Shown one piece after another: positions 20,142 to 30,752 of a DNA stretch of 64,000 nucleotides. The translations under genes and the position numbers were made by a program. Source of the stretch: an uncultured Solirubrobacterales bacterium (GTDB lineage Bacteria; Actinomycetota; Thermoleophilia; Solirubrobacterales; Solirubrobacteraceae); NCBI GenBank assembly GCA_963713015.1, contig CAVQKC010000008.1, forward strand, positions 819,666 through 883,665, written 5' to 3'. Numbering within the stretch: the stretch's first letter is position 1; every line of letters starts with the position of its first letter. The notes beneath the pieces were generated by a model that did not search any database, was not told the origin of the DNA, and worked only from the letters and a program-made list of their open reading frames with translations.

Positions 20142-21225
20142 CATCCCTGGCGGCATCCGACGAGGATTCCTCGCTGCTCGACTGTGCGACTCTGCTGCGT
20201 TCACGCTGGGGCACGACCGTGTACTTCGGGTCGCGCGCGGACTGTCGTCCAGCCTCGAAGATCCCGAAGCGAGCGCACGCGGAGGCGGCCATCAGCGCGG
20301 CTCCACAGAGCGCCGCCGCATGGCGGCTGCGATGTGCTCGCGCCAGCGCACCGGCGACCCCGGCGGCGGTGAGTGTCTCGGCGGCGCGCATCAGCGTGCC
20401 CGCGCGTCCGTGATGGTAGGCCTCTGCGACGATCCCGACGCGACGCTCGAGCAGCTTCACGGCGCTGAGCTCGGCGAGGGCGCCGATCACAGCCAGGCGC
20501 CGCGCGGGCGCATTCTCCTGGAGCGGGGCAGCGAGCAGTCCGAGACCGGCCGCGGCGCTCGCTGCCGAAGCGACGAACACGAACGGCATCTCGCGGTGCC
20601 CCTCGTGCCAGGCCGGCGTAGCGGTGTCGGAGATGAGTACGCCAGTGTATGAAGCGACCGCCGGTCCGAGCAGGGCCGCTCCAACAGTTCCCAGGTGGGC
20701 GAGTGGCCGCAGACGACCCAGCTGCAGGAGCTCGCCGAGTGCGGCAACGCTTGCCGCGGGAGCGTAGGCGGAGAGGATCCACACACCGACGCTCATCGGC
20801 GAGGTCGGCTTGAACACCCTGAGCATGTTCAGGAACCGCGCGGGGCGCCCGAGGTCATGTATGAGCGCCACGAGCGACAGCGAGATCGCCCCGGCCGCCC
20901 CGAGCTTCAACGGCCGCGCCAGCGCCGGACGGCCGCTTAGCTCCGCTCCCGCGGCCAGCGTCGAGGAGGCACCGGCGAGGCCACCCAGGAAGAGATAGCC
21001 GGCGATATCCAATGCGGCCCAGGTGGGCTCCTTAACGACCGGCTTTCCGTAGTAGCTCGAGAACTCAGTCTCTGGCACCATCGAGCCCTCGTCCCTTCGC
21101 CCCCCGCGGCGTTTGTGTCGGCGATCATCACGCTCGGCTTGCGGGACGTGGTTAACACCCGTGAGCGCTTCGCGACCGGGACGCGTCCCCTCCAAGCCAT
21201 CGACGGTGACATCGGAGCTGCTCAT
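20131..21225 (-). CDS. NrfD/PsrC-family membrane anchor
   Basis: YLFLGGLAG, DLGRPARF, SPMSVGVW, YTGVL, TATPAW. Confidence 0.9.
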   Translation of the reverse strand: MSSSDVTVDGLEGTRPGREALTGVNHVPQAERDDRRHKRRGGRRDEGSMVPETEFSSYYGKPVVKEPTWAALDIAGYLFLGGLAGASSTLAAGAELSGRPALARPLKLGAAGAISLSLVALIHDLGRPARFLNMLRVFKPTSPMSVGVWILSAYAPAASVAALGELLQLGRLRPLAHLGTVGAALLGPAVASYTGVLISDTATPAWHEGHREMPFVFVASAASAAAGLGLLAAPLQENAPARRLAVIGALAELSAVKLLERRVGIVAEAYHHGRAGTLMRAAETLTAAGVAGALARAHRSRHAAALCGAALMAASACARFGIFEAGRQSARDPKYTVVPQRERSRVAQSSSEESSSDAARDDPR

Positions 21226-22088
21226 CGGCGTCCCGCGAAGCTGACTGCGACCGCCCCGAGCAGGCTGCCAGCGGCGATCGCGGCATTGCGCCACATGTGC
21301 GGCAGATCGCGGGTGCTCACGATCGGGTCGGGCGGCAGCCCGTAGACCTCTGGCTCGTCGAGCAGCAGGAAGAACGCCCCGTCGCCACCGACCCCGTCGT
21401 GAGGATCATGCCCGTACAAACGAGCCTGCGGAACGCCTGCCTGTTGGAGCTGCTCGACACGCCCGCTGGCGCGCTCGCGCAGTTCCTCGAGCTCACCGAA
21501 TTGGATCGAGTTGGTCGGGCAAGCCTTCGCGCACGCCGGTTCCATGCCCACCTCGAGACGGTCATAGCAGAGCGTGCACTTCCATACCCGCCCGTCGTCC
21601 TCGCGCTCGTCGATCACGCCGTAGGGGCAAGCGGGCACGCAATAGCCGCAGCCGTTGCAGATGTCCTCCTGCACGACGACGGTCCCGAACTCGGTGCGAA
21701 ACAGCGCCCCTGTGGGGCACACGTCGAGGCAGGCTGCGTGGGTGCAGTGCTTGCACACGTCGGAGGCCATCAGCCAGCGAAACCCGTCGCCCCCCTCGCG
21801 CTCGAGGTTCGTTTCCTGCAGAGCGATCGGCTGGCGCTGTTCGATGAACGCGACGTGCCGCCACGTGTCGGCGCCGAGACCCTGGGTGTTATCGAAGGAC
21901 ATACCCGTGAAGTCGAGGCCGTCCTCGGGCACCTGGTTCCACTCCTTGCACGCGACCTCACATGCCTTGCAGCCGATGCACAGCGACGTGTCAGTGAAGA
22001 AACCCACTCGTGGCGGGGGGTGCTCGTAGCCCGATCTGGCGGCGGGGTCGATGCGGGCGCCGTTGTGCGTGGTGATCTGCAGATCCAC
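21222..22088 (-). CDS. Formate dehydrogenase beta, 4x[4Fe-4S] subunit
   Basis: CIGCKAC, CKHC, CNGCGYC, KCTLC..CAKACP. Confidence 0.93.
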   Translation of the reverse strand: MDLQITTHNGARIDPAARSGYEHPPPRVGFFTDTSLCIGCKACEVACKEWNQVPEDGLDFTGMSFDNTQGLGADTWRHVAFIEQRQPIALQETNLEREGGDGFRWLMASDVCKHCTHAACLDVCPTGALFRTEFGTVVVQEDICNGCGYCVPACPYGVIDEREDDGRVWKCTLCYDRLEVGMEPACAKACPTNSIQFGELEELRERASGRVEQLQQAGVPQARLYGHDPHDGVGGDGAFFLLLDEPEVYGLPPDPIVSTRDLPHMWRNAAIAAGSLLGAVAVSFAGRR

Positions 22089-22091
22089 GAC

Positions 22092-25000
22092 TTATGCCTC
22101 CATCCCTGTCTTCTCAGTGATACCGGCCCGAGCGATGTAGCTCTCGACGAGCTCGTCGCGGGCCGCGCCGCGCGGGCGGCGGCCTGGGCGAATGTCGGCG
22201 CTCAGCGCCTTGACCTCCTGGATGTGGGAGTTGGGATCGAGCGCGATCGAAGACAGCTCGTTGGCGGCATCGCCACGCGAGTAGCCGTTGGGCCCCCAGT
22301 GAAACGGCAAGCCGATCTGGTGAAGGATACGGCCCTGCACAGTGATCGGGCTCATGCGGTCGGTCACCATCACGCGCGCCTCAATCGCATTGCGCGCGGT
22401 GATGATCGTCGCCCAGTCACCGTGGATGAGACGACGTTCAGTGGCGAGCTCGGGGGACACCTCACAGAAGAACTCCGGTTGCAGCTCGGCCAGGTAGGGC
22501 GTCCAGCGCGACATGCCGCCGGCGGTGAAGTGCTCGGTCAGACGGTAAGTCGTCACGACGTAGGGGAAGATTTCGCCGCCCGGTTCGCCGCTGTGGGGGT
22601 GGTAGCGGTTGTGGCGATGCGAGAACACCTGCCTGACGGGGTTGCGCTGCTGGGCGTAGAGCAGGTTCTCAAACGGGGAGTCCTGCGGCTCGTAGTGGGT
22701 CGGCATCGGCCCATCGGTCAAACCGGCGGGCACGTACAGCCAGCCGCGCCCGTCGGCCTGCATGATGAACGGCTCGGCGCCCGTCAGAGCATCCGGACCG
22801 CTCGCGTCCTCGGACGGCTGGTAATCCGGCGGCTTGTCGGCCTTGAAGTCCGGGGTGTCGTGACCGACCCATTCCTCCTTCTCCGCATCCCACCAGATCA
22901 GCGCCTTACGCTCACTCCACGGCTTGCCGTCGGGGTCAGCCGAGGCACGGTTGTAGAGCACGCGGCGGTTCGCCGGCCACGCCCAGCCCCACTCGGCGCC
23001 GACCCAGTTCTGCTCGTCTCGCGGCTTGCGCCTGGCGGCTTGGTTGACGCCGTCGGCGAACACGCCGCAGTAGATCCAGCACCCGCATGTAGGTGGAGCC
23101 GTCGTCCTTCAGTTCCTCGTAAGAGGAGAGCGGCTGGCCGTCAGCGTCGTGGCCGTTGATCTCGCGCAGCACCTGCTCGGCGCTCGGCTCGGCGATCTCG
23201 CCCTCGGTCTCATAGTCCCAGGTCAGATCGAGGATCGGACGGTCCATCTCCTGCTTTGAGCCGGCGAGCTTCTCGCGGATGACGCGGCCGAGGTGGTACA
23301 TGAACCACAGGTCGCTGCGTGCCTCCCCTTCGGGCTCGACCGCGGTGTCGTGCCATTGCAGCATGCGCTGAGTGTTGGTGAACGTGCCGTCCTTCTCGGT
23401 GTGCGCGGCAGCAGGGAAGAAGAACACCTCGGTGGGTATGTCCTCGGTACGCAGCTCGCCGGACTCGATCTCCGGGCCGTCCTTCCACCAGGTGGCGCTC
23501 TCGATCAGCGAGAAGTCGCGCACAACCAGCCAGTCGAGCTTCGCCATCCCCAAGCGCTGCATCTTCGTGTTCGCCGAGCCGACTGCCGGGTTCTGCCCGA
23601 GCAGGAAGTAGCCCTTGCAGTGGCCGTCGAGTTGCGCGAGCACCGTCTCATATGTCGAGTGGCTGCCGGTCAGCCGCGGCAGATAGTCAAAGCAGTAGTC
23701 GTTGTCCTCGCTGGCAGCATCTCCCCACCAGGCCTTCAGCAGGCTGACCGTGTAGGAGCGCATGTTCGCCCAGTAGCCCTTCTCCGCGGCGTCGGCTTCT
23801 ACGAACGTGTCGAGGTCGAGGTGCTCGTGGGCGTGTGGCATCGGGATGTAGCCGGGCAGCAGGTTGAACAGAGTCGGAATGTCGCTCGAGCCCTGGATGC
23901 TCGCGTGGCCGCGCATCGCCATCACACCCCCGCCGGGGCGCCCGATATTTCCGAGCAGCAGTTGCAGCACGCACGCGGCGCGGATGTACTGCACCCCCAC
24001 CGTGTGCTGCGTCCAGCCGACGGCATAGACGAAGGCGGCCGTGCGGTCTGGGCCCGAGCTCTCGGTGAGCAGCTCACAGACCCGCAGGAACTGCTCCCGA
24101 GGCACGCCGCACATCTGCTCCACCATCTCCGGTGTGTAGCGCGAGTAGTGGCGCTTTAGCACCTGAAAAACACACCGCGGATGCTGGAGGGTCTCATCGC
24201 GAGTCGGCTCACCACGGCCGATCCCGGGACCGCCGGAGCCGTGAGACTCGCTGCCGCCGGCTTCGCTGCTCGAGCGCCCGCCTTTCGTCACCTCGTCGAA
24301 CTGCTGATCGCGTTCGCCGGCGGCCGACTGGACCTCCATCCCCTCATACCCCCAGGTGCTTACGTCATAGTGGCGTTCCTCACGGTCCAAGCCGGAGAAC
24401 ACCCCGTCAAGATCCTCGGTGTCGAGGAACTCCCCGGTGAGGATCGTCGAGGCGTTGGTGTAGGCGCGAACGTACTCCTCGAAGTACTTCTCCTGCTCGA
24501 GCACGTAGTTGATGATCGCGCCGAGGAACACGATGTCGCTGCCGGCGCGCAAGGGCACGAAGATGTCAGCGAGAGCACTGGTGCGGCTGAAATGCGGGTC
24601 GACATGAATCACCGTCGCTCCCCGGGCCTTCGCCTCCATCACCCACTGGAAAGCAACGGGGTGCGCCTCGGCCATGTTCGAGCCCTCGATCACGATGCAG
24701 TCAGAGTTCTGCAAATCCCCCGGAAAGGTGGTCGCGCCGCCCCGCCCGAAGGACGTGCCGAGCCCGGGAACGGTCGAGCTGTGACAAACGCGCGCCTGGT
24801 TCTCCACTTGGATCACCCCGAGCGCGGTAAAGAGCTTCTTGATCAGGTAGTTCTCCTCGTTATCGAGCGTCGCGCCGCCGAGACTGGCGATGCCGAGCGT
24901 TCGTCGCACACGCTTTTCCTGCTGCTCCCATTCCCATGTTTCGCGCCGTGTCTGGATCACCCTCTCGGCGACCATGTCCAGCGCTTTCTCGAGATCGAGG

Positions 25001-25344
25001 CGCTCCCAGTCGGCGCCGTGGGCTCGGCGATAGAGGACATGATGTTCTCGCGCCTCGCCGGTCGTCAGTTGCAGAGAAGCTGAACCCTTGGGACAGAGCC
25101 GCCCGCGACTGACGGGCGAGTCGGGGTCGCCCTCGATCTGCACGACCTTGCCGTCTTTTACATAAACCTTCTGGGCGCAGCCAACCGCACAGTACGGGCA
25201 GACAGACCCCACGGTCTTCTCCGCTTCGGCGATGCGGTTCGGGAGATGGCGCGAGCGCTCAGACTTCACCGCCGCTCCGCGCGCCAGCGCATCGCCGCCT
25301 CGCAGCTGGCGCACCACCGGCCATTTACGCACAGGATTTCGCAT
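22092..25344 (-). CDS. Formate dehydrogenase alpha subunit (FdnG/FdoG-like, Cys ligand), frameshift near 23090
   Basis: CPYCAVGC..LCPKG, ARVCHS, RGHASIQG, TTYRLTEH; C-terminal ORF resumes at CWIYCGVFADG. Confidence 0.92.
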
Positions 25345-25360
25345 CTTCAAGTCCCGGTCA

Positions 25361-25386
25361 TACCCACCGGCGTAGGCTTCCAAAAC
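25361..25386 (-). promoter_or_regulatory. SigB/SigF-like promoter GTTTT-N16-GGGTA
   Basis: Motif 16 bp upstream of the FDH alpha ATG. Confidence 0.6.
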
Positions 25387-25463
25387 AAGCGCGTGTCCGA
25401 GCTCGAACATTCTCCCACGGTCAAGGGTTTGTAACGTCGCGGGCCGGGGCATCTGCATGGGCG

Positions 25464-25868
25464 ATGCCTAGGCAGCGAACAGGTGACCTTTCGCTCGGAG
25501 ACGCTGCCAGCGCGATCGGGGTGAGCGTCGACACGCTTCGCCGCTGGGATCGTGCCGGAAAGCTCGAGACCTATCGCGACGCGAACAACCGGCGACGCGT
25601 AACCGAGACCGAGGTGCAGCGTCTCGCGGGAGGCCCCAGACGCCACCGGACCGGTAGCCGCGGATCGGCTCGCAACCGTCTCGCCGGCGTCGTGCGCTCG
25701 GTCGAGGCCGACGGCGTGATGGCGCTCGTGGAGATCGAGGCCGGCCCATTCATGCTCACCGCGGCGATCACGCGGGACGCAGTGCAGGAGCTCGCCCTCG
25801 CCCCGGGCGTGAAGGCGACGGCGACCGTCAAGGCGACTTCCGTGATGGTCGAGCGAACCAATCGATGA
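25464..25868 (+). CDS. MerR-type HTH + TOBE molybdate-responsive regulator
   Basis: GVSVDTLRRW, SARNRL, VKATSV. Confidence 0.9.
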   Translation: MPRQRTGDLSLGDAASAIGVSVDTLRRWDRAGKLETYRDANNRRRVTETEVQRLAGGPRRHRTGSRGSARNRLAGVVRSVEADGVMALVEIEAGPFMLTAAITRDAVQELALAPGVKATATVKATSVMVERTNR

Positions 25869-25893
25869 GCGCCCGCGCCCAACACACCACGCC

Positions 25894-25911
25894 AATACAA
25901 CGAATACAACG
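25894..25911 (+). promoter_or_regulatory. AATACAACG direct repeat before the binding-protein gene, possible Mo-regulator site
   Basis: Two exact AT-rich 9-mers. Confidence 0.3.
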
Positions 25912-25923
25912 ATCGGGTACACG

Positions 25924-26853
25924 ATGAGAGGCATGCGAAACCGGTGGCTCGGAAACCGGTGGCTCGTCCTCGGCGCGCGAGCGACTGCGCTGACGCTCGT
26001 GGGTGCCGCGCTGCTCGTGAGCGGCTGCGGATCGAGTTCGCAAGCATCCTCGGCTAGAAGCGGGGAGCCGGTCTCGGTCATTTACGCCGGATCGCTGGCG
26101 GATCTCATGGAAAACGAGATCGGGCCCAGCTTTCGCAAAGCCTCGGGCTACGGGTTTCAAGGCTACGGCGGGGGCTCCAGCGAAGACGCCAAGCAGATCA
26201 AGGGCAAGGTCCGCCAGGCCGACGTATTCGTAAGCGCCTCCGCGGAAGCCGACAGCGAACTGCAGGGGGCGGCAAACGGCGGCTGGGTGTCATGGTATTC
26301 GACCTTCGCGAGCACACCGCTGGTGCTCGGATATGACCCGAGCAGCAAGTTCGGCAAGGAGCTCGCCGCCGGCAAGCCCTGGTATCAGGTGCTCACCCAA
26401 CCCGGGATCAGGGTCGGGCGCACCGATCCGAAGCTCGACCCGAAGGGCGCGTTGACGGTCAAGGCGCTGGAGAGCGCCGCCAAGCGGCTCAACCACCCGG
26501 CGCTGGCCAAGGAGCTCGTCGCTTTCCCCGTGTTCCCCGAGACGGCTCTCGTCGGACGGCTACAGTCCGGACAGCTCGACGGCGGCTTCTTCTATGCGAT
26601 CGAGGCAAACGTCGCGCACATCCGCACAGTCAGCCTCGCGCCGGTATCCGAGACCGCTGCCTACACGGTCACGATCCTCCACCACGCACGCCAGCAGGCG
26701 GGCGCGGAAGCATTCGTACGCTACCTCTTGGCAGACAGCCGGGCGAGGACGCTGACCGGCAGTGGGCTGAACCCGCTCGCGCCTAAGCTGACAGGGCAAG
26801 CCACGGCTGTACCGAGCGGCGTCCGCAGCGCTGTCGGCGCAGTCGCTCCCTGA
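25924..26853 (+). CDS. Molybdate/tungstate ABC substrate-binding lipoprotein (WtpA/ModA-like)
   Basis: Lipobox VSG-C, YAGSL, ADVFVSA, RTDPKLDPKG. Confidence 0.85.
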   Translation: MRGMRNRWLGNRWLVLGARATALTLVGAALLVSGCGSSSQASSARSGEPVSVIYAGSLADLMENEIGPSFRKASGYGFQGYGGGSSEDAKQIKGKVRQADVFVSASAEADSELQGAANGGWVSWYSTFASTPLVLGYDPSSKFGKELAAGKPWYQVLTQPGIRVGRTDPKLDPKGALTVKALESAAKRLNHPALAKELVAFPVFPETALVGRLQSGQLDGGFFYAIEANVAHIRTVSLAPVSETAAYTVTILHHARQQAGAEAFVRYLLADSRARTLTGSGLNPLAPKLTGQATAVPSGVRSAVGAVAP

Positions 26854-26856
26854 GCG

Positions 26857-28824
26857 ATGCGCTCCAGGGCGCGTAGCCCGCTGCCGTGGCTCGGCGGACT
26901 GCTGGCGCTGTATCTGCTGGCGCCGATCGCCGCGTTCGTGGTCCGCCTTCACGCAGGCGTGTCCTCCGCTCCCGGCGTCGGCTCGGCGCTGCTTACCTCG
27001 CTACTCACCGCCACGATCTCCGCGACGGCGATCGCCCTCCTGGGCGTCCCACTCGCCTATCTGCTGGCCCGCGGACGAGGAGCCGGCTCACGGTTGCTTC
27101 TCGCGCTCGTGGCTCTGCCGCTCGCATTGCCGCCATTGATGAGCGGCCTGCTGCTGCTCTACGTCCTCGGCCCTGATACCGCCGCGGGGCGCATCTTCGA
27201 CGGCGATCTAACCGATACGCGGATCGGAATCGTGCTGGCACAGACATTCGTCGCCGCGCCATTCCTGATCATCGCCGCGCGCTCTGCGTTCGCCGCTGTC
27301 GACCCGGCGCTGGAGGAGATGGCGGCGGCGCTCGGTCATGGCCGTCTGTCGCGGTTCTGGCGGGTTGCGGTCCCGGCGGCCCTGCCCGGTATCGGCGCGG
27401 GACTGCTGCTCGCGTGGCTGCGCTCCTTCGGTGAGTTTGGCGCAACCGTAATCCTCGCCTACCACCCCTACTCGCTGCCGGTGCTCACGTTCGTCCAGTT
27501 CGGGGAGACCGGCCTGCCCGCGACGATGCTCCCGATCGCCGTCGCGCTCGTCGCCGCCCTGATCGTCTTGTTGCTCGCGGGCATTCGGACTCCACGAAGA
27601 CGCGGCAGACGCACCTTGCCCGCGAGACGCATGGTGCCCCCGATGCCGGCGCCGGCCGGCGCCCAGCCACTTTCGGTCCTCGACTTCGCGCTTGCCAAGC
27701 GCCGCGGCCCATTCTCACTGCAGGTCGCCCATCGTGCGAGCAGCCGGCGCCTGGCGCTGCTCGGCTCCTCCGGCGCCGGCAAGACCTTGACGCTGCGTCT
27801 GCTTGCAGGCTTGATCCGCGCCGATGCAGGACACATCCACGCCGCCTCGCGAGCGTTGCACGAGCTGCCCACGGAGCGACGCGGGCTCGGCTACGTACCT
27901 CAACAGCCGGCGCTACTACCGCGCCGCACCGTCTGGCGCCAGGTCACCTTCGGTGTCCGCGCCCAGCCCGCCCTCGCGGCGTGGTGGCTTTCTCGGCTGG
28001 GACTCGAGGGACTGGAGAATCGGTACCCCGAGGAGCTCTCCGGCGGACAGCAACGACGCGTCGCGATCGCTCGAGCGCTCGCGATCGAACCCGAGATTCT
28101 GCTGCTCGACGAGCCTTTCACCGGCCTGGACGCACCGGTGCGCGACCGTTTGCGCCGCGAGCTGCGCCGCCTGCAGCGCGAGGCCGATCTGAGCACCGTG
28201 ATCGTCACGCACGACCCCGAGGAGGCGGCGCTGCTGGCCGACGAGATCATCATCCTCGATGACGGTCGAGTGCTCCAGGCGGGCAGCCGCGAGTCTGTCT
28301 TTCAATCCCCGCGCTCCCCCCAAGTGGCCGCGCTGCTTGGCATCGCCAACACCCACAGCGCCAGTACCGCCGCGCCGGACCGCATCGTTAGCGACGGAGT
28401 GGAGATATGGGCGCCCACCGGCGGCCTGAGCGGCGGGACAGAGATCCTCTGGGGTGTGCGCTCCGAGCAGATCGTGCTATGCGGCGAGGGGCGCTATTCG
28501 GCCGTCTTGCTTGACGATGCGGACCTCGGCTTCATCCGCGAGCTGACGATTTCGCTGCAGGGCACGCTGCAGCTGACGGTTCGCACCAGCGACCAGCGGC
28601 CCCTGAGGATTGGCCAGACGCTGCGCGTCGACATCCCACTCGAGCACATCTCCGTATGGCCGCTCCCGGCCCGTGGAGAGGACAAGACCGGCTCGGTGGT
28701 TGCTCACCCCCGTGGAGAGGACAAGACCGGCTCGGCGGTGGCTCACACCCGTGGAGAGGACAAGACCGGCTCGGCGGTGGCTCACACCCGAAACGATGAA
28801 GAGGTGGCTCACCCGCCGATATAA
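26857..28824 (+). CDS. Fused Mo/W ABC permease + ATPase (ModBC-like)
   Basis: GEFGAT permease motif; GSSGAGKT, LSGGQ, LLLDEP. Confidence 0.9.
   Translation: MRSRARSPLPWLGGLLALYLLAPIAAFVVRLHAGVSSAPGVGSALLTSLLTATISATAIALLGVPLAYLLARGRGAGSRLLLALVALPLALPPLMSGLLLLYVLGPDTAAGRIFDGDLTDTRIGIVLAQTFVAAPFLIIAARSAFAAVDPALEEMAAALGHGRLSRFWRVAVPAALPGIGAGLLLAWLRSFGEFGATVILAYHPYSLPVLTFVQFGETGLPATMLPIAVALVAALIVLLLAGIRTPRRRGRRTLPARRMVPPMPAPAGAQPLSVLDFALAKRRGPFSLQVAHRASSRRLALLGSSGAGKTLTLRLLAGLIRADAGHIHAASRALHELPTERRGLGYVPQQPALLPRRTVWRQVTFGVRAQPALAAWWLSRLGLEGLENRYPEELSGGQQRRVAIARALAIEPEILLLDEPFTGLDAPVRDRLRRELRRLQREADLSTVIVTHDPEEAALLADEIIILDDGRVLQAGSRESVFQSPRSPQVAALLGIANTHSASTAAPDRIVSDGVEIWAPTGGLSGGTEILWGVRSEQIVLCGEGRYSAVLLDDADLGFIRELTISLQGTLQLTVRTSDQRPLRIGQTLRVDIPLEHISVWPLPARGEDKTGSVVAHPRGEDKTGSAVAHTRGEDKTGSAVAHTRNDEEVAHPPI
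28671..28790. repeat. 39-bp in-frame tandem repeat x3 at the 3' end of modBC
   Basis: ccgtggagaggacaagaccggctcgg.ggt.gctcac.c, encoding RGEDKTGS.VAH. Confidence 0.95.
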
Positions 28825-29828
28825 GACATCTCGACCTTCGCCGCATTCTTCGGCCCGGCCTGCCAAGGCGTCTTGGTCGAGCGTTCGGCAGAGTAGCGGT
28901 CGTTTCGCGAGGTCCATATGTCGCGTATCCGCTCGACGATCTCGACGTCGCTCGCCCCGCCGCGCAGCAATGCGCGCAGATCGTGCCCACGGCGTGCGAA
29001 CAGGCACGTGTAGAGCTTGCCGTCGGCGGATAGGCGCGCGCGTGCGCAGCTGCCGCAGAACGGCTCGCTGACGGAATGGACGAGCCCGACCTCGCCCGCG
29101 CCGTCACGGTAGCGGTAGCGGGTAGCGACCTCTCCTTCCCACGCGGGCTCGAGCCGCTGGAGCGGCCAGCGCTCGCCGATGCGCTGCAGGATCTCCCCAG
29201 CGGGCACGACATCCGCCCCGCTCCACCCATTGGTCGATCCCACGTCCATGTACTCGATGAAGCGCAGCACATGCGGGGTGTGACGGAAGTGGGCGGCCAT
29301 CGCCAGGACGCAGTGCTCGTTGACGGCGCGCCGTACGACCATGTTGACCTTCACGGGTCGCAGACCGGCTTCGGCTGCTGCGTCGATCCCCGCAAGGACG
29401 CGCGTAGCGGAGATCGACGTGTCGCTCATCGCGCGCAGCGCATCGTCCTCGAGCGCGTCCAGACTCACGGTCACCCGATCAAGGCCGGCGTCCGCGAGCA
29501 CACGTGCTTTACCGGCGAGCAGCAGGCCGTTGGTGGTGAGCGCGACCTCCGCGATCCCGTCGATCCCCGCGAGCATCTCAATCAGCTTCTCCAAATCGCG
29601 GCGCAGCAATGGCTCGCCGCCGGTCAGCCGCACCTTCTGCGCCCCCTGCGCCGCGAAGGCCCGCGTCAGCCGCGCGATCTCCTCGAAGCTCAACAGCTCC
29701 GCTCTGGGCAGGAACTCATGACCGGGCCCATAGAACTCTCTCGGCATGCAGTAGCGGCAGCGCAGGTTGCAGCGGTCGGTCACCGAAATGCGCAGGTCAC
29801 GCAAAGGACGGTCGAGCAGGTCAAGCAT
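28809..29828 (-). CDS. moaA: GTP 3',8-cyclase
   Basis: CNLRCRYC, TGGEP, FCGSCARAR, C-terminal IGG. Confidence 0.96.
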   Translation of the reverse strand: MLDLLDRPLRDLRISVTDRCNLRCRYCMPREFYGPGHEFLPRAELLSFEEIARLTRAFAAQGAQKVRLTGGEPLLRRDLEKLIEMLAGIDGIAEVALTTNGLLLAGKARVLADAGLDRVTVSLDALEDDALRAMSDTSISATRVLAGIDAAAEAGLRPVKVNMVVRRAVNEHCVLAMAAHFRHTPHVLRFIEYMDVGSTNGWSGADVVPAGEILQRIGERWPLQRLEPAWEGEVATRYRYRDGAGEVGLVHSVSEPFCGSCARARLSADGKLYTCLFARRGHDLRALLRGGASDVEIVERIRDIWTSRNDRYSAERSTKTPWQAGPKNAAKVEMSYIGG

Positions 29829-29897
29829 CTCCCAGCCCTCTACCCCATTATCGCTCCCGCCAAGAGCGCTTGGCAACACATCTCTAAGCTAGGAGCG

Positions 29898-30131
29898 GTG
29901 ACACGCGATGAGTGGATCGCCTCCTTTGCCCAGGAAGCCGGGGCGCAACGACCCTCCGTGCAGGAGATCAGAGAACTGCTCGAGCTAGCCGGTACAGCGG
30001 CTCATGCCTCCGAGCGCACCGCCGCGCCATTGGCTTGCTGGATCGCCGGACGCTCAGGCCTGTCGCTCACCCAGCTGCGTGTCCTCGCCGAACGCGTGTC
30101 CGGCGAGGATCAGGACACCCCCTCCTCCTGA
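29898..30131 (+). CDS. DUF6457-like small protein (MobA-associated)
   Basis: LELAGTAAH..RTAAPL motif; AGGAG RBS. Confidence 0.7.
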   Translation: MTRDEWIASFAQEAGAQRPSVQEIRELLELAGTAAHASERTAAPLACWIAGRSGLSLTQLRVLAERVSGEDQDTPSS

Positions 30132-30721
30132 GCCAGCCAGCGCTCGGCGACAGCCAGCTCGCCAGGATCGTTGACGTTGAAGCACAGCCGCTCGGGATCC
30201 CCGAAGCGCTGCAGCTCGCGCTCGTCCACGATCTGCGGCGAAAGCGCCATGATCGCCGTGCGCAGCGACCGCCGCGCCGCAAGAGCTTCCGTCAGAGCGT
30301 CCCGCTGGCTCGGTACGCAGCGGCTGAGCAACGGCTGGGCGCGGTCACCGACCTGCGCCATCGCCGCCCCGGGCTGGGCGGCGAGCCAGTGGAGCAGCTC
30401 GCTCGTCAAGAACGGCATGTCACAGCCGAGCAGGAGCACCGCGCAGGCAGGCGAGCGCTGCGCGGCGAAATCCAGCGCCGTGATCGCACCACGCAGGGGA
30501 TGGCGGGGACTCTCCGGCTCGTGCAGTACCCGCTCTGCCAGCGGCGGCAGCACGGTCGAGGCCTTGGCGATGACCACCGTCTCGAGCCCAGCTTCGCGGG
30601 CCGCCGCGAGCGGATGGCAGATGAGCGGCCGTCCCGCCAGCGGTGTGATCGCCTTCTCGCCGCCCATGCGCTCTCCGCGGCCCCCGGCCAGGACGGCGAC
30701 GATCACATGGTCTTCGGCCAC
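30110..30721 (-). CDS. mobA: Molybdenum cofactor guanylyltransferase
   Basis: LAGGRGERMG, CDMPF, NVNDP. Confidence 0.92.
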   Translation of the reverse strand: MAEDHVIVAVLAGGRGERMGGEKAITPLAGRPLICHPLAAAREAGLETVVIAKASTVLPPLAERVLHEPESPRHPLRGAITALDFAAQRSPACAVLLLGCDMPFLTSELLHWLAAQPGAAMAQVGDRAQPLLSRCVPSQRDALTEALAARRSLRTAIMALSPQIVDERELQRFGDPERLCFNVNDPGELAVAERWLAQEEGVS

Positions 30722-30752
30722 CGCGTGAGTGTCGCACTAAAGTGCCGGTGCG

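Noticed and set aside
22936-23100. Selenocysteine readthrough explaining the split FDH
   Set aside because: The split is a frameshift, not an in-frame TGA, and the ligand codon is TGT.
21297-23159. Long antisense or alternate-frame ORFs (also 8327-9409, 29912-31315, 30420-31970, most of 14725-16191)
   Set aside because: Shadow ORFs of well-supported high-GC genes, with no motifs.
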